From assembly GCA_964230025.1 (NCBI GenBank), contig CAXRFO010000012.1, positions 923,652-987,651 on the forward strand: a DNA stretch of 64,000 bases. Direction: 5' to 3'. The DNA is from Flavobacteriales bacterium (lineage in GTDB: Bacteria; Bacteroidota; Bacteroidia; Flavobacteriales_D; JAUILH01). The notes under the pieces are model-generated. The model did not search any database and was not told the origin of the DNA. It saw only the letters and a program-made list of their open reading frames with translations. Below are positions 53,426-63,770 of the stretch, one piece after another. The position numbers were made by a program, and so were the translations under genes. How positions within the stretch are numbered: position 1 is the stretch's first letter; every line of letters begins with the position of its first letter.

Positions 53426-55526
53426 ACTCTCCGCCGTTTTTGTCTTTATTTTTGGGCTATTTGCATGTGCGGAAAGTCAGAGCTCTGTAGGAAATCAAAA
53501 AGACAAAATGGAAAACCACAAACATACGAATGAGTTAATTCATGAAACGAGTCCATATTTATTACAACATGCGCACAACCCAGTAAATTGGTTACCATGG
53601 GGAAAAAAGGCTCTTGAATTAGCAAAAAAGGAAGACAAACCGATAATTATAAGTGTTGGTTATGCAGCTTGTCATTGGTGCCATGTAATGGAACACGAAT
53701 GCTTTGAAGATGAGGAAGTAGCGAAATTAATGAACGAAAAATTCGTTTGTATTAAGGTTGATCGTGAAGAGCGTCCGGATGTAGATAAAGTATACATGGA
53801 TGCGGTCCATTTGATGGGACAAAGAGGAGGGTGGCCCTTAAACTGTGTTGCCCTTCCGGAAGGCAAACCTTATTTCGGTGGCACCTATTTCCCAAAGAAA
53901 GAATGGATGAGAGTACTCAATGAACTTTCAAAAATCTATCAAAACGATAGAGCCAAAGTAGAAGAATATGCGGATAAGTTGAATAAAGGTATTCACGCTT
54001 CTAACAATTTAGCACACGTCTCTGATTCCACTGATTTTAATATCAATACGCTTCACGAAAGTGTCAGCAAATGGATGACAAGTATTGACGGGGAAGAAGG
54101 AGGTCCGAATCATGCCCCAAAGTTTCCTCTTCCAAATAACTATCAATTCCTACTTCATTACAATCACTATTTCGAAAATGATACGGTTGAACAACATTTG
54201 CGATTGAGTCTGGAAAAAATGGCTTTCGGCGGGTTGTATGATCAAGTAGGTGGTGGTTTTACCAGATATTCTACCGATTTGTATTGGAAGGTTCCTCATT
54301 TTGAGAAGATGCTATATGACAACGGACAATTGTTATCCCTTTACTCAGAGGCATATAAAAAGTACAAGGACCCACTTTATAAAGAAATTGTAGAACAAAC
54401 AACGAGATTTTTAGAGAGGGAATTGATGCACCCAAAGGGCTATTTCTTTTCCAGTTTAGATGCTGATAGTGAAGGAGAGGAAGGAAAGTTCTATGTGTGG
54501 AAAAAAGAGGAGCTAAAAGAACTATTGGGCGATGAATATGATTTCGCAAAGGATCTATATAATATTAATTCCAATGGACTTTGGGAGCATGGCAATTATA
54601 TACCCTTGAGGATTTTAACGGATGCTCAGCTTGCTGCAAAGTATAACATAAACGTGCAGCAGGTTTTGGATAAAAGGGAAAAAGTTCAATCCATTTTGCT
54701 CAAGGCTCGTGAAGAACGTGTCCGCCCAGGTTTAGACGATAAAACCTTGTTAAGCTGGAACGCTCTGACGATATCCGGTTATATAGATGCATATGAAGCA
54801 TTTGGGGAAAAAGAATATTTAGAAAGGGCCACACAATGCGCAGACTTCATTTTAAATAATATGAAAAGTGAAGATGGATCATATTTTCACTCATATAAAA
54901 ATGGTTCAGCAACTATCGAAGGATTTTTAGAGGATTATGCCTTTTTTGGTTCCGCATTAATTAAACTTTATGAAAACACTTTTGATGAAAAATATCTAAG
55001 TGAAGTGGAGGCAATACTTGGCTACACGGAAAAGAATTTTAAGAATAAAAACGGCTGGGGGTATTTTCTAAACGCTGAAAAAAACAACGAGTTAATTACA
55101 AGGCCAATAGAAACACAGGATAATGTGATTCCATCTTCAAATTCTGAAATGGGGCATCTCTTATTTAAGTATGGAGAGTTAACGGGAAATGAAGACTTAA
55201 AACAGGAAGCTAAAGAAATTCTTTTAGGTATGGAAAAACAAATACCAACTTATGGATCAGGTTATTCCAATTACATGCAACTAGCATTGTATTTTTCGGA
55301 AGATTTTTATGAAATTGCCATTACAGGAAAGGAGTGTATAGATCATGTAAAAAGCTTTCATTTAGAATATCAGCCCAACTCAATTAAGCTTGGTGCAAAA
55401 AAATCTTCAAAACTTGAATTGTTAAACGGGAAATTTATGGACAATACAACGATATTTGTCTGTGTTAATAGAGCATGCAATTTACCAACAGAAGATATAA
55501 AAGTAGCTTTAGAGTTAGTACGATAA
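53418..55526 (+). CDS. Thioredoxin-domain (DUF255, YyaL/SPATA20-like) protein with a C-terminal alpha/alpha-toroid, lipoprotein signal
   Basis: SPYLLQHAHNPVNW, GYAACHWCHVMEHE, KVDREERPD. About 700 aa. Confidence 0.85.
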   Translation: MVKLSAVFVFIFGLFACAESQSSVGNQKDKMENHKHTNELIHETSPYLLQHAHNPVNWLPWGKKALELAKKEDKPIIISVGYAACHWCHVMEHECFEDEEVAKLMNEKFVCIKVDREERPDVDKVYMDAVHLMGQRGGWPLNCVALPEGKPYFGGTYFPKKEWMRVLNELSKIYQNDRAKVEEYADKLNKGIHASNNLAHVSDSTDFNINTLHESVSKWMTSIDGEEGGPNHAPKFPLPNNYQFLLHYNHYFENDTVEQHLRLSLEKMAFGGLYDQVGGGFTRYSTDLYWKVPHFEKMLYDNGQLLSLYSEAYKKYKDPLYKEIVEQTTRFLERELMHPKGYFFSSLDADSEGEEGKFYVWKKEELKELLGDEYDFAKDLYNINSNGLWEHGNYIPLRILTDAQLAAKYNINVQQVLDKREKVQSILLKAREERVRPGLDDKTLLSWNALTISGYIDAYEAFGEKEYLERATQCADFILNNMKSEDGSYFHSYKNGSATIEGFLEDYAFFGSALIKLYENTFDEKYLSEVEAILGYTEKNFKNKNGWGYFLNAEKNNELITRPIETQDNVIPSSNSEMGHLLFKYGELTGNEDLKQEAKEILLGMEKQIPTYGSGYSNYMQLALYFSEDFYEIAITGKECIDHVKSFHLEYQPNSIKLGAKKSSKLELLNGKFMDNTTIFVCVNRACNLPTEDIKVALELVR

Positions 55527-56404
55527 TCTTGGTTTTATTTCCATTATTTGGATGGACGCAACTAATCGATAATCGAAAGGCAAAAGCTTTTACCGATGAA
55601 CCCTTTTTCTATACCGAATTCATTAAACAGAACAAGGTAAAAACGATAAGCGGTACAATTAAAGGTAAGTCCAAGGGGTCCATCATGGTTCCGCTGAACC
55701 TTGAAATTGAATACCACTTTGATGACTCAGGTCGTTTAGATCACATTCTAGAAACGCATTTCAAAGGGAATAAGCTTAAAGACACTGTCATGGTTTGGTT
55801 TTTTTACGATGAAGAAAATAGATTGATCCAAAAGAGGAGAAATGACAGTTACGGATATTTTTCCTACCACTATAATTATGATAGTCTGGGCCGTGTATTA
55901 AGTGAAAAGTATTTTAGAGAAGAGAACCTATCGACATCTAAAAATGAGTTTATTCAAGGTAAAAAATACCTTATTGTTCAAGAGAATTATAAGTACTACA
56001 AGAATGAAGATGGATCTATTGAAAAGTCCTACTTCAACAACTATGGTAAGGAGTATCAGCGTAGCACATATTTTTGGGATGAAGACGGCAACTTAATAGA
56101 AGAGAAAACGAGTTTATTGTTGTCTGGAAATTGGAACAAAACGACCTATGAGTATGATGAACATGGCCGGGTTACCAAGAAAGTAATTTCAAGTAATATT
56201 CAGAACAATTCAAGTATTAGCTACGACTATTCATATGATGAAGTGGGCAACTTAATACTTATAAATGAATATAGGAACGGGAAGCACAATAACAAAAAGG
56301 ACATTTTATATAAACCTACCATGTTATTAGACGCAGCTATATCATTTGATGTTCTTACAGAGTATATGAGATTAACCAAATATACATTTGATTTTTACGA
56401 ATAA
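55475..56404 (+). CDS. Short YD/RHS-repeat protein (about 7 repeats, no toxin or shell-closing domains)
   Basis: Repeats DDSGRLD, YDEENRLI, YDSLGRVL, NEDGSIE, WDEDGNLI, YDEHGRVT, YDEVGNLI. Signal-like N-terminus encoded within the last 52 nt of the upstream gene. Confidence 0.6.
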   Translation: MQFTNRRYKSSFRVSTIILVLFPLFGWTQLIDNRKAKAFTDEPFFYTEFIKQNKVKTISGTIKGKSKGSIMVPLNLEIEYHFDDSGRLDHILETHFKGNKLKDTVMVWFFYDEENRLIQKRRNDSYGYFSYHYNYDSLGRVLSEKYFREENLSTSKNEFIQGKKYLIVQENYKYYKNEDGSIEKSYFNNYGKEYQRSTYFWDEDGNLIEEKTSLLLSGNWNKTTYEYDEHGRVTKKVISSNIQNNSSISYDYSYDEVGNLILINEYRNGKHNNKKDILYKPTMLLDAAISFDVLTEYMRLTKYTFDFYE

Positions 56405-57075
56405 TGGCTAAAATTTTACTGATAGAAACGGCAACAAAGGTATGTTCTGTGGGTATATCCGAGCAAGGGGTGTTAAGCAATGTTAAAGAAATTCATGAGG
56501 AAGATTATAGTCATAGTGAGAAGCTTCATGTTCTCATAGAAGAATTAATGAAGGATAGTAAAACCGAGTTTAAGGATTTGGCGGCGGTTTGTGTTAGCAA
56601 AGGGCCGGGTTCATTTACCGGTTTGCGAATAGGTGTATCAGCGGCAAAGGGTTTTTGCTTCTCCTCAGGTATCCCTTTGATTAGCATTGATACCACTCTA
56701 GCTATGGCCGCACAATACTATGAGCTACATCCAGACTCTAACAGTATTTTTGCCCCAATGATTGATGCTAGAAGAATGGAGGTATATAATGCAATTTATA
56801 ATCCTGAGTTGAAATGCGTAAAAGAACTCAGTGCGGATATTTTGGATGAAAACAGCTATTCTGACCATGACCAAGAGATATGTTTTGCCGGTGATGGCAT
56901 GCCAAAATGGAAAGAGATTTGCACGAACCCCAAAGCTAACTTTATTGAATTATACCCGAGCGTAAAAGGAATGGCAAAAATTGCACAGAAAAAATTTGAA
57001 TCCGAATCATTTGAGGATTTAGCTTATTTCGAGCCCTTTTATTTAAAGGATTTTGTGGCAGGAAAAAAACAGTGA
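56404..57075 (+). CDS. tsaB: tRNA threonylcarbamoyladenosine (t6A) biosynthesis protein TsaB
   Basis: LLIETATKVCSVG and GPGSFTGLRIGVS motifs. About 223 aa. Confidence 0.88.
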   Translation: MAKILLIETATKVCSVGISEQGVLSNVKEIHEEDYSHSEKLHVLIEELMKDSKTEFKDLAAVCVSKGPGSFTGLRIGVSAAKGFCFSSGIPLISIDTTLAMAAQYYELHPDSNSIFAPMIDARRMEVYNAIYNPELKCVKELSADILDENSYSDHDQEICFAGDGMPKWKEICTNPKANFIELYPSVKGMAKIAQKKFESESFEDLAYFEPFYLKDFVAGKKQ

Positions 57076-57930
57076 TTACTTTTCAAGCTTTACTGTGGTA
57101 ACTGGGAATGGGATTTCAATTCCCTCTTTTAATAAGGCCTTATAGATTGCGTTTGTAACCGCGCTTTTGGCATTCAAAAATACCATTTGACCAGCTTCAA
57201 AATCAATCCAAACTCGGACTTCATATTTTAAGCTAAAATCGGACATCTCTAACATGTAACACTCAACGGGCCTGCCACCTTTCAATATCGCGAGTTCCTC
57301 AACGGCCTGCTTTGTTACTTTCGCCGCTTTGTCATAATCAGTTCCGTAGGCTATATGGCATTCGACATCAATCCTTCTTTCGCCCAAAGTTGAGTAGTTT
57401 TTGAACTTATGGTCTGTTGCCAAGCTATTCGGAAGCGAAATTAACTGGCCTTCATTATTATCAATGGTTAGTGTTCTTAGTCCTACTTTGGTGACATTTC
57501 CAAACACGCCCTCAACCTCAACTAAATCTCCTACCTTAATGTCCTTATTTGTTGCAATAACAACACCCGATAGAAGGTTGTGCGCGAAATGCTGGAAAGC
57601 AAAACTTAATGCTAATCCAACAAGCCCAATTCCTGCAAGGATAGAAGTTACTGTTTTGTCAAGGTGGAGAATCCCTAGAGCTGTTAAGATCCCAAATGCA
57701 ATTACAATAAATTTAACAACTGCGGCGACTAAATAAGAGACAGCTTCATTTCCAGTGTATTTAACTAACCTTTTGTTTACCAGCTTCCAAATAATTCGAG
57801 CAGAGATGACGAAAAGGATAAAAACGAGTAATGCAACCAGTATATTGGGAGCCATTTCTATTAAATGAGCTCCATAATCATATACAGCATCTCTAATATT
57901 ACTCCAAGCCTTACTTAAATTCTCTCCCAT
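57076..57930 (-). CDS. Mechanosensitive ion channel (MscS family)
   Basis: Three TM helices followed by IKVGDLVEVEGVFGNVTKVGLRTLTI. Confidence 0.85.
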   Translation of the reverse strand: MGENLSKAWSNIRDAVYDYGAHLIEMAPNILVALLVFILFVISARIIWKLVNKRLVKYTGNEAVSYLVAAVVKFIVIAFGILTALGILHLDKTVTSILAGIGLVGLALSFAFQHFAHNLLSGVVIATNKDIKVGDLVEVEGVFGNVTKVGLRTLTIDNNEGQLISLPNSLATDHKFKNYSTLGERRIDVECHIAYGTDYDKAAKVTKQAVEELAILKGGRPVECYMLEMSDFSLKYEVRVWIDFEAGQMVFLNAKSAVTNAIYKALLKEGIEIPFPVTTVKLEK

Positions 57931-58970
57931 TACTTAAGCTTTAATACCCAAGAAGACTTGCCTAGGTTAGCAATTCGATCGCGCAAACCTTTCATTTCTC
58001 TTTGAGATGCTGCGCTGCCTGCACTTACTCGGTACAAACCGCCTTTAATATCAAGAATATGAGCTTTAAAGCCAGCGCCTTTAAGTTCTTCTACCATTCC
58101 GATAGCATTTGCTTCCTTTGAAAAACATCCAACGATGGCGTGTAAATTACCAGAATTAATTTGATGTAGATCTGGAGAGGTGACGAGCGGTGTGTTTTTA
58201 CGAATCTTCAACTTAACTACCTCACCCTCCGGTGTCTCCCAAGTAAAATGAGTATCAGGATTTACAACTTCCTCCACTGTAAATTCAAGCTTTTTTATAC
58301 CCGAAGGTTCAAAGCTTTGAATCGATTTCTCTTTCTCGCTGAAAGGGTTGAGGTCTTTTAGCTCTATATGTCCACTTTTCAGAACATCTGTATGAACAGG
58401 AATCCAATATGAGTAAAACAGAAAGGGGAGTATACAAGCTGCAGCAGCCACACGCACCCACTTGAAACGTCTTTTTACTTGAGCATTTTCTTGTGGTTTA
58501 TTGATAGGAATGACTGGTGTATCTATCGTTTCTTCCTCCTCGATTACAGGAACCATTACCTCCTTAAGGTGCAATGGCCTTAGTCCGTAAGAGTCAAGCA
58601 GTAAATTACTATCATTTCCAAAAACAAAATTAATTTTTCGGTTCAGGTCAGAGGAAAGGTAGCCAAGTTGAGGTACTTCAACTTGTCCGGCCATGTGCAG
58701 TTTATATTTTAACTCATCAACTTCTGCTTCTATTTTTATCAGAGCTTCTTTGTAGCTGATTTTTTCATTAAACGCATAATGATGTGCTAGCAAACCATCA
58801 TTATGAACTAAATGGGAGTTAAACAAAATGTGCTTGTGTGGTGGTAAAAAGGTTTCCTTTGGTGCGTTGTGAATACTTCCGTGTTGGTTGCCTACAAAAC
58901 CTCCAAAACCAGGAACTACAACACAATCGTATTGTTTTACTAACCCCGATATTAAATGAAGAAAACTCAT
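57930..58970 (-). CDS. HU-CCDC81-like N-terminal domains plus a C-terminal SPOR (peptidoglycan-binding) domain protein
   Basis: N-terminal CVVVPGFGGFVGN. TM segment. C-terminal LHAIVGCFSKEANA...YRVSAGS SPOR-like domain. Confidence 0.75.
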   Translation of the reverse strand: MSFLHLISGLVKQYDCVVVPGFGGFVGNQHGSIHNAPKETFLPPHKHILFNSHLVHNDGLLAHHYAFNEKISYKEALIKIEAEVDELKYKLHMAGQVEVPQLGYLSSDLNRKINFVFGNDSNLLLDSYGLRPLHLKEVMVPVIEEEETIDTPVIPINKPQENAQVKRRFKWVRVAAAACILPFLFYSYWIPVHTDVLKSGHIELKDLNPFSEKEKSIQSFEPSGIKKLEFTVEEVVNPDTHFTWETPEGEVVKLKIRKNTPLVTSPDLHQINSGNLHAIVGCFSKEANAIGMVEELKGAGFKAHILDIKGGLYRVSAGSAASQREMKGLRDRIANLGKSSWVLKLK

Positions 58971-59062
58971 TTGGACCGACGAAAATACGAAATCGGGAAG
59001 GACTTTCCTTGCTAAGCCCTACTTTTTTGACCTATTTGCTAAATTTGTCATGAAATTATTGT

Positions 59063-59070
59063 TACCTTTG
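59063..59070 (+). promoter_or_regulatory. -7 box TACCTTTG, 22 nt upstream of the yceD ATG (a second match, TAAATTTG, lies at 59040-59047)
   Basis: Exact TAnnTTTG matches in the 122-nt divergent intergenic region. Confidence 0.4.
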
Positions 59071-59092
59071 TCGCCCTTTTATTGGAGAAAGT

Positions 59093-59608
59093 ATGTCAAA
59101 TCCTTTGCAGGCTTATAAAATTCGCTTCTCAGGTTTAAAGTTTGGGAAACACTTTTTTCAATTTGAGGTAAAGAAAACGTTCTTTGATGAATTTGAATAT
59201 TCGTTGGTTAAAGATGGAGATTTAACGATCGATATCGAACTAGAAAAATCAAGTACAATGCTGGTTTTAATGTTTGATATTAAGGGTTGGCTTTCGGCAC
59301 CTTGTGATATTTGTCTTGGGCGAGTGCAACAAGCTTTTTCTGCTCAGGAAAAGTTAGTCGTAAAGTTTTCAGATGAACCAGCAGAGTTTGATTCTGAAAT
59401 TTTGAGTTTACACCACGGTGATAATGAACTTATGTTAGATAGGGTTATATATGAATATATTAACCTTAACTGTCCATCAAAGTTCGTGCATGAAGAAGGT
59501 GAGTGTGATCAAGAAATGATTGATAAATTAAACGAATATTCTAATGATCCAGACGGGAAGGATGATACTGATCCGCGCTGGGACGCATTAAAGAGCTTAT
59601 TGAATTAG
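59093..59608 (+). CDS. yceD: YceD (DUF177) family protein
   Basis: Conserved position upstream of rpmF-plsX. CDICLG motif and acidic C-terminus. Confidence 0.8.
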   Translation: MSNPLQAYKIRFSGLKFGKHFFQFEVKKTFFDEFEYSLVKDGDLTIDIELEKSSTMLVLMFDIKGWLSAPCDICLGRVQQAFSAQEKLVVKFSDEPAEFDSEILSLHHGDNELMLDRVIYEYINLNCPSKFVHEEGECDQEMIDKLNEYSNDPDGKDDTDPRWDALKSLLN

Positions 59609-59642
59609 TAATTATTGGTTAAGAAGATAAAAATTAAGGAAG

Positions 59643-59834
59643 ATGGCACATCCTAAAAGGAAAATATCGAAAACAAGAAGAGACAAGAGAAGAACTCACT
59701 ACAAAGCGGCTTCTCAGCAAATTGCAACTTGTCCTACAACTGGTGAACCTCACCTTTACCACAGAGCTTATTGGCTTGACGGAAAACTTTACTATAAGGG
59801 TAAAGTAATCATGGAAAAGGACTTAGCAGTTTAA
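59643..59834 (+). CDS. rpmF: 50S ribosomal protein L32
   Basis: [20 protein letters not shown]-terminus. 63 aa. Confidence 0.93.
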   Translation: MAHPKRKISKTRRDKRRTHYKAASQQIATCPTTGEPHLYHRAYWLDGKLYYKGKVIMEKDLAV

Positions 59835-59892
59835 TTCTAGGTCGGGTATCCGACTATTTCGTAAAACAGATAATTCTTTCTATTTTTCGGGC

Positions 59893-60834
59893 ATGAAAGT
59901 AGGCTTGGACATTATGGGTGGTGATTATGCCCCCGAATCAACAGTGAAAGGAGCAATCCTAGCCAAGCAAGAAAACCCTAAAATTGAAATTGTACTTCTC
60001 GGTGACGAGGAGATAGTTCGCGCTACGCTCACAGAAAATGGGGGTAGCGTTGATGATTTTACACTTGTGCATTGTTCTCAGGAAGTTACCATGCACGATC
60101 ACCCCACACGATTTTTAGCTCAAAAACCAGATTCTGGTATAGCAAAAGGATTTAAGCTCCTTAAGTCAGGTGAAATTGATGCTTTAGCTAGTGCTGGAAA
60201 TACAGGCGCTATGTGGGTTGGTTCTCTATACACCGTAAATGCAATTGCGGGTATAATCAGGCCATGTATCACCTCTATTTTGCCAAAACTTGACGGTGGT
60301 CAAGGTGTAATATTGGACGTTGGTGCGAATGCAGACTGCAAAGCGGATGTTCTTTATCAATTTGGGATATTAGGTAGCATATATGCTAAGGAAGTTTATG
60401 GTATTGAAAACCCAAGAGTAGGTTTATTGAATATAGGTGAAGAGGAAGAAAAAGGGAATTTGCTTTCTCAGGCAGCACACGAACTTATGAAGGGAACCAA
60501 TGACTTTAATTTTGTTGGTAATATCGAGGGGCGAGACTTGTTTTCTGATGAATCTGATGTGGTTGTATGTGATGGGTTTACTGGGAACGTAGTTTTAAAG
60601 CAAGCTGAAGCTGTTTATACCATCCACAAAAAGAGAAAGATTGAAGACGAATATTTTAATCGTTTTAACTATGAATTATATGGTGGGACGCCCGTTTTGG
60701 GTGTTAACGGGAACGTGATTATTGGTCACGGTATCTCAAGTCCAAAAGCCATTAAAAATATGATTTTCCATGCCGCGGATGTGATTGCTGCTGATCTTCC
60801 CGGTAAAATAAAAAAGGCATTAAATAATGAGTAA
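59893..60834 (+). CDS. plsX: Phosphate acyltransferase PlsX
   Basis: VGLDIMGGDYAP, GNTGA, DGFTGN. Confidence 0.92.
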   Translation: MKVGLDIMGGDYAPESTVKGAILAKQENPKIEIVLLGDEEIVRATLTENGGSVDDFTLVHCSQEVTMHDHPTRFLAQKPDSGIAKGFKLLKSGEIDALASAGNTGAMWVGSLYTVNAIAGIIRPCITSILPKLDGGQGVILDVGANADCKADVLYQFGILGSIYAKEVYGIENPRVGLLNIGEEEEKGNLLSQAAHELMKGTNDFNFVGNIEGRDLFSDESDVVVCDGFTGNVVLKQAEAVYTIHKKRKIEDEYFNRFNYELYGGTPVLGVNGNVIIGHGISSPKAIKNMIFHAADVIAADLPGKIKKALNNE

Positions 60835-61822
60835 AGTTACTGCTGCTATAACTGCTGTTCACGGTGTAGTACCGGATAAGGTCTTGTCAAATAAGGACCT
60901 TGAAAAAATGGTAGATACCAACGATGAATGGATAACAACCCGAACTGGGATTAAGGAAAGAAGAATCCTTGAGAAAGGGAAACCCTCTTCGGATTTAGGA
61001 GCGGAAATTCTAAACGAATTATTAAAAAAAACCAATACGAAACCAGAGGAACTGGACTTATTGGTTGTTGGAACAATTACAGCAGACCATCCTTTCCCAT
61101 CCAACGCAAACATTATTTGCGATAAAGTTGGAGCTACAAATGCTTGGGGCTTTGATCTTAGTGCGGCTTGCTCAGGTTTCTTGTACTCATTAACCGTAGG
61201 AAGCCAGTTTATTGAGACAGGTAAATACAAGAAAGTTGCTGTCATTGGTATGGATATTATGTCCAGTATCATTGATTATGAGGATAGAGCAACTTGTATC
61301 ATTTTTGGAGATGGTGGTGGTGGAGTTATGCTAGAGCCTAATGAAGATGGTTATGGCGTAATTGATACCATTATGAGATCGAACGGAGAGGGGAGGCATT
61401 ACCTTTACCAAAAGGCAGGAGGTAGTTTACACCCACCTACCGAAGAAACGGTAAAAAATCGCGAACACTTTGTACACCAGGAAGGTCAGGCGGTATTCAA
61501 ACACGCTGTTTCCAATATGGCAGATGTTTCTGCTGAAATAATGGAAAAAAATGAACTATCGGATCAAGATGTCGATTGGTTAGTTCCTCATCAAGCAAAC
61601 CTCAGAATCATTGACGCTACTGCCAGGAGAATGGGACTTTCCAGCGAAAAAGTAATGATCAATATCGAGCGTTACGGAAACACTACCTCTGGAACTATTC
61701 CACTTTGTTTGTGGGAATGGGATTCCAAATTGAAAAAAGGAGATAACGTTATTTTATCTGCCTTTGGTGGTGGATTCACTTGGGGAGCCATTTATTTGAA
61801 ATGGGCTTACGACGGAAAATAA
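60827..61822 (+). CDS. fabH: 3-oxoacyl-ACP synthase III
   Basis: TSDEWI-like NDEWITTRTGI, active-site AACSGF, VPHQANLRI, GNTTSGT. Confidence 0.93.
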   Translation: MSKVTAAITAVHGVVPDKVLSNKDLEKMVDTNDEWITTRTGIKERRILEKGKPSSDLGAEILNELLKKTNTKPEELDLLVVGTITADHPFPSNANIICDKVGATNAWGFDLSAACSGFLYSLTVGSQFIETGKYKKVAVIGMDIMSSIIDYEDRATCIIFGDGGGGVMLEPNEDGYGVIDTIMRSNGEGRHYLYQKAGGSLHPPTEETVKNREHFVHQEGQAVFKHAVSNMADVSAEIMEKNELSDQDVDWLVPHQANLRIIDATARRMGLSSEKVMINIERYGNTTSGTIPLCLWEWDSKLKKGDNVILSAFGGGFTWGAIYLKWAYDGK

Positions 61823-61831
61823 ATTGAATAG

Positions 61832-61839
61832 TATATTTG
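61832..61839 (+). promoter_or_regulatory. Possible internal -7 box TATATTTG, 23 nt upstream of accB
   Basis: Exact TAnnTTTG match. No well-spaced -33 TTG seen. Confidence 0.3.
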
Positions 61840-61862
61840 ACTTTTAAATAAAACCTTAGCTA

Positions 61863-62354
61863 ATGCAATTAAAAGAAATACAAGATCTAATAAAGTTAGT
61901 TAGTAAATCAGATGTTTCTGAAGTATCACTTGAGAAGAAAGATTTTAAATTAACCATCAAATCAGAGTCTCCTGAGAAGGAACAAGTAATTGTTCAAGCA
62001 GCAGCACCTGCACCAATGGTAAGTGCACCTGCTCCAGCACCAGCAGCACCAGCAGCACCAGCTGCTGCTCCTGTAGCACCTACAGAGGCAAGTCCATCAG
62101 GAGATGATTCAAATTATGTGACAATTAAGTCACCTATGATTGGAACCTTCTACAGAAAATCTGCTCCAGACAAACCTTCTTTTGTTGAAGTAGGTGATAG
62201 TGTTAAACCTGGAGATGTTTTATGTATTGTGGAAGCTATGAAACTTTTCAATGAAATTGAATCTGAGCTTTCAGGAACTATCGTTAAGGTTTTAGTAGAC
62301 GATAATTCACCAATTGAGTACGATCAGCCATTATTTTTGGTAGATCCTTCATAA
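61863..62354 (+). CDS. accB: Acetyl-CoA carboxylase biotin carboxyl carrier protein
   Basis: Ala/Pro-rich linker. Biotinylation motif VEAMKLFNEIE. Confidence 0.95.
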   Translation: MQLKEIQDLIKLVSKSDVSEVSLEKKDFKLTIKSESPEKEQVIVQAAAPAPMVSAPAPAPAAPAAPAAAPVAPTEASPSGDDSNYVTIKSPMIGTFYRKSAPDKPSFVEVGDSVKPGDVLCIVEAMKLFNEIESELSGTIVKVLVDDNSPIEYDQPLFLVDPS

Positions 62355-62366
62355 AAATTTTAAACT

Positions 62367-63704
62367 ATGTTTAAAAAGATATTAATTGCCAACAGGGGTG
62401 AGATAGCCTTGCGTGTTATCCGTACCTGTAAAGAAATGGGTATTCAAACGGTTGCCGTTTATTCTGCAGCGGATAAAAATAGCTTACCTGTTCGCTTTGC
62501 TGATGAGGCGGTATGTATCGGCCCTGCTCCAAGTTCTGAATCTTATTTGGTTGTTCCAAATATCATTGCCGCAGCAGAAATAACAAATGCGGATGCAATT
62601 CACCCAGGATATGGTTTCCTTTCTGAAAACGCTAAGTTTTCAAAGGTATGTCAAGAAAATGGGATCAAATTTATTGGTGCGCTTCCTGAACAAATTGAAG
62701 GGATGGGAGATAAGGCTACGGCTAAAAAGACCATGAAGAAGGCAAAAGTTCCTGTTGTCCCTGGTTCAGAAGGTATACTGGAATCTTTGGAGGAAGCAAA
62801 AGCTATTGCAAAGAAAACAAAATACCCTGTAATGATGAAAGCCACCGCTGGAGGTGGAGGTAAGGGTATGCGAGTTTGTTGGGACGAGGAGGAATTGGTT
62901 GAGGCTTGGGCAAGTGCTAGAGCTGAAGCTAAGGCGGCTTTCGGTAACGACGGTATGTACATGGAGAAATTTATTGAAGAGCCACGTCACATTGAAATTC
63001 AAATCGCCGGTGATCAACACGGTAATTACTGCCATATGTCTGAGCGTGATTGCTCTATTCAAAGACGTCATCAAAAATTGGTAGAAGAAACTCCTTCTCC
63101 TTTTATGACGGATGCCTTAAGAGAAAAAATGGGTAAAGCTGCAATTAAAGCTGCTGCGGCTGTTAATTATGAAGGTGTTGGAACCGTTGAGTTCTTGGTG
63201 GATAAAAACCGTGATTTCTACTTCATGGAAATGAATACTAGAATTCAGGTAGAGCATACAATTACCGAAGAAGTAATCAATTTTGACCTTATCAAAGAGC
63301 AAATCAAGATTGCTGCCGGTGAAAAAATTAGTGGTAACAATTATTACCCACAGTTGCACGCAATCCAATGCCGTATAAACGCTGAGGATCCGTACAAAAA
63401 CTTTATGCCTTCTCCTGGTAAAATAACAGACTACCATGAACCAGGTGGTCATGGTATTAGAATTGATACGCATGTTTATGCGGGTTATACCATACCACCT
63501 AACTATGATAGTATGGTTGCCAAATTGATAACTGTGGCTCAAACACGTGAAGAAGCTATCACTAAAATGGAAAGAGCTCTTGGTGAGTATATTATTGAGG
63601 GTGTTAAATCAACAATACCTTTCCATCAACAATTAATGCAACACCCTAAATTTAGGGAAGGTGATTTCACCACTAAGTTTATGGAAACGTTTGAATTAAA
63701 ATAA
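62367..63704 (+). CDS. accC: Acetyl-CoA carboxylase biotin carboxylase subunit
   Basis: [31 protein letters not shown]. Confidence 0.95.
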   Translation: MFKKILIANRGEIALRVIRTCKEMGIQTVAVYSAADKNSLPVRFADEAVCIGPAPSSESYLVVPNIIAAAEITNADAIHPGYGFLSENAKFSKVCQENGIKFIGALPEQIEGMGDKATAKKTMKKAKVPVVPGSEGILESLEEAKAIAKKTKYPVMMKATAGGGGKGMRVCWDEEELVEAWASARAEAKAAFGNDGMYMEKFIEEPRHIEIQIAGDQHGNYCHMSERDCSIQRRHQKLVEETPSPFMTDALREKMGKAAIKAAAAVNYEGVGTVEFLVDKNRDFYFMEMNTRIQVEHTITEEVINFDLIKEQIKIAAGEKISGNNYYPQLHAIQCRINAEDPYKNFMPSPGKITDYHEPGGHGIRIDTHVYAGYTIPPNYDSMVAKLITVAQTREEAITKMERALGEYIIEGVKSTIPFHQQLMQHPKFREGDFTTKFMETFELK

Positions 63705-63712
63705 GATTTAAA

Positions 63713-63737
63713 GGGTTGCGAAAGCAACCCTTTTTTG
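63713..63737 (+). terminator. Rho-independent terminator after accC
   Basis: GGGTTGC-GAAA-GCAACCC followed by TTTTTTG. Confidence 0.8.
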
Positions 63738-63770
63738 TTTATAATCGTTTTGTAATTAGAACACTGCAGT

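Noticed and set aside
59839-59856. Short hairpin (GTCGG-GTAT-CCGAC) between rpmF and plsX, considered as a terminator.
   Set aside because: It has only a 5-bp stem with a poor T-tract. rpmF-plsX are normally co-transcribed. At most it is a weak attenuator or processing site.
62000-62095. Low-complexity GCACCAGCA-type nucleotide repeat.
   Set aside because: It encodes the Ala/Pro-rich flexible linker that is a normal feature of biotin carboxyl carrier proteins (AccB).
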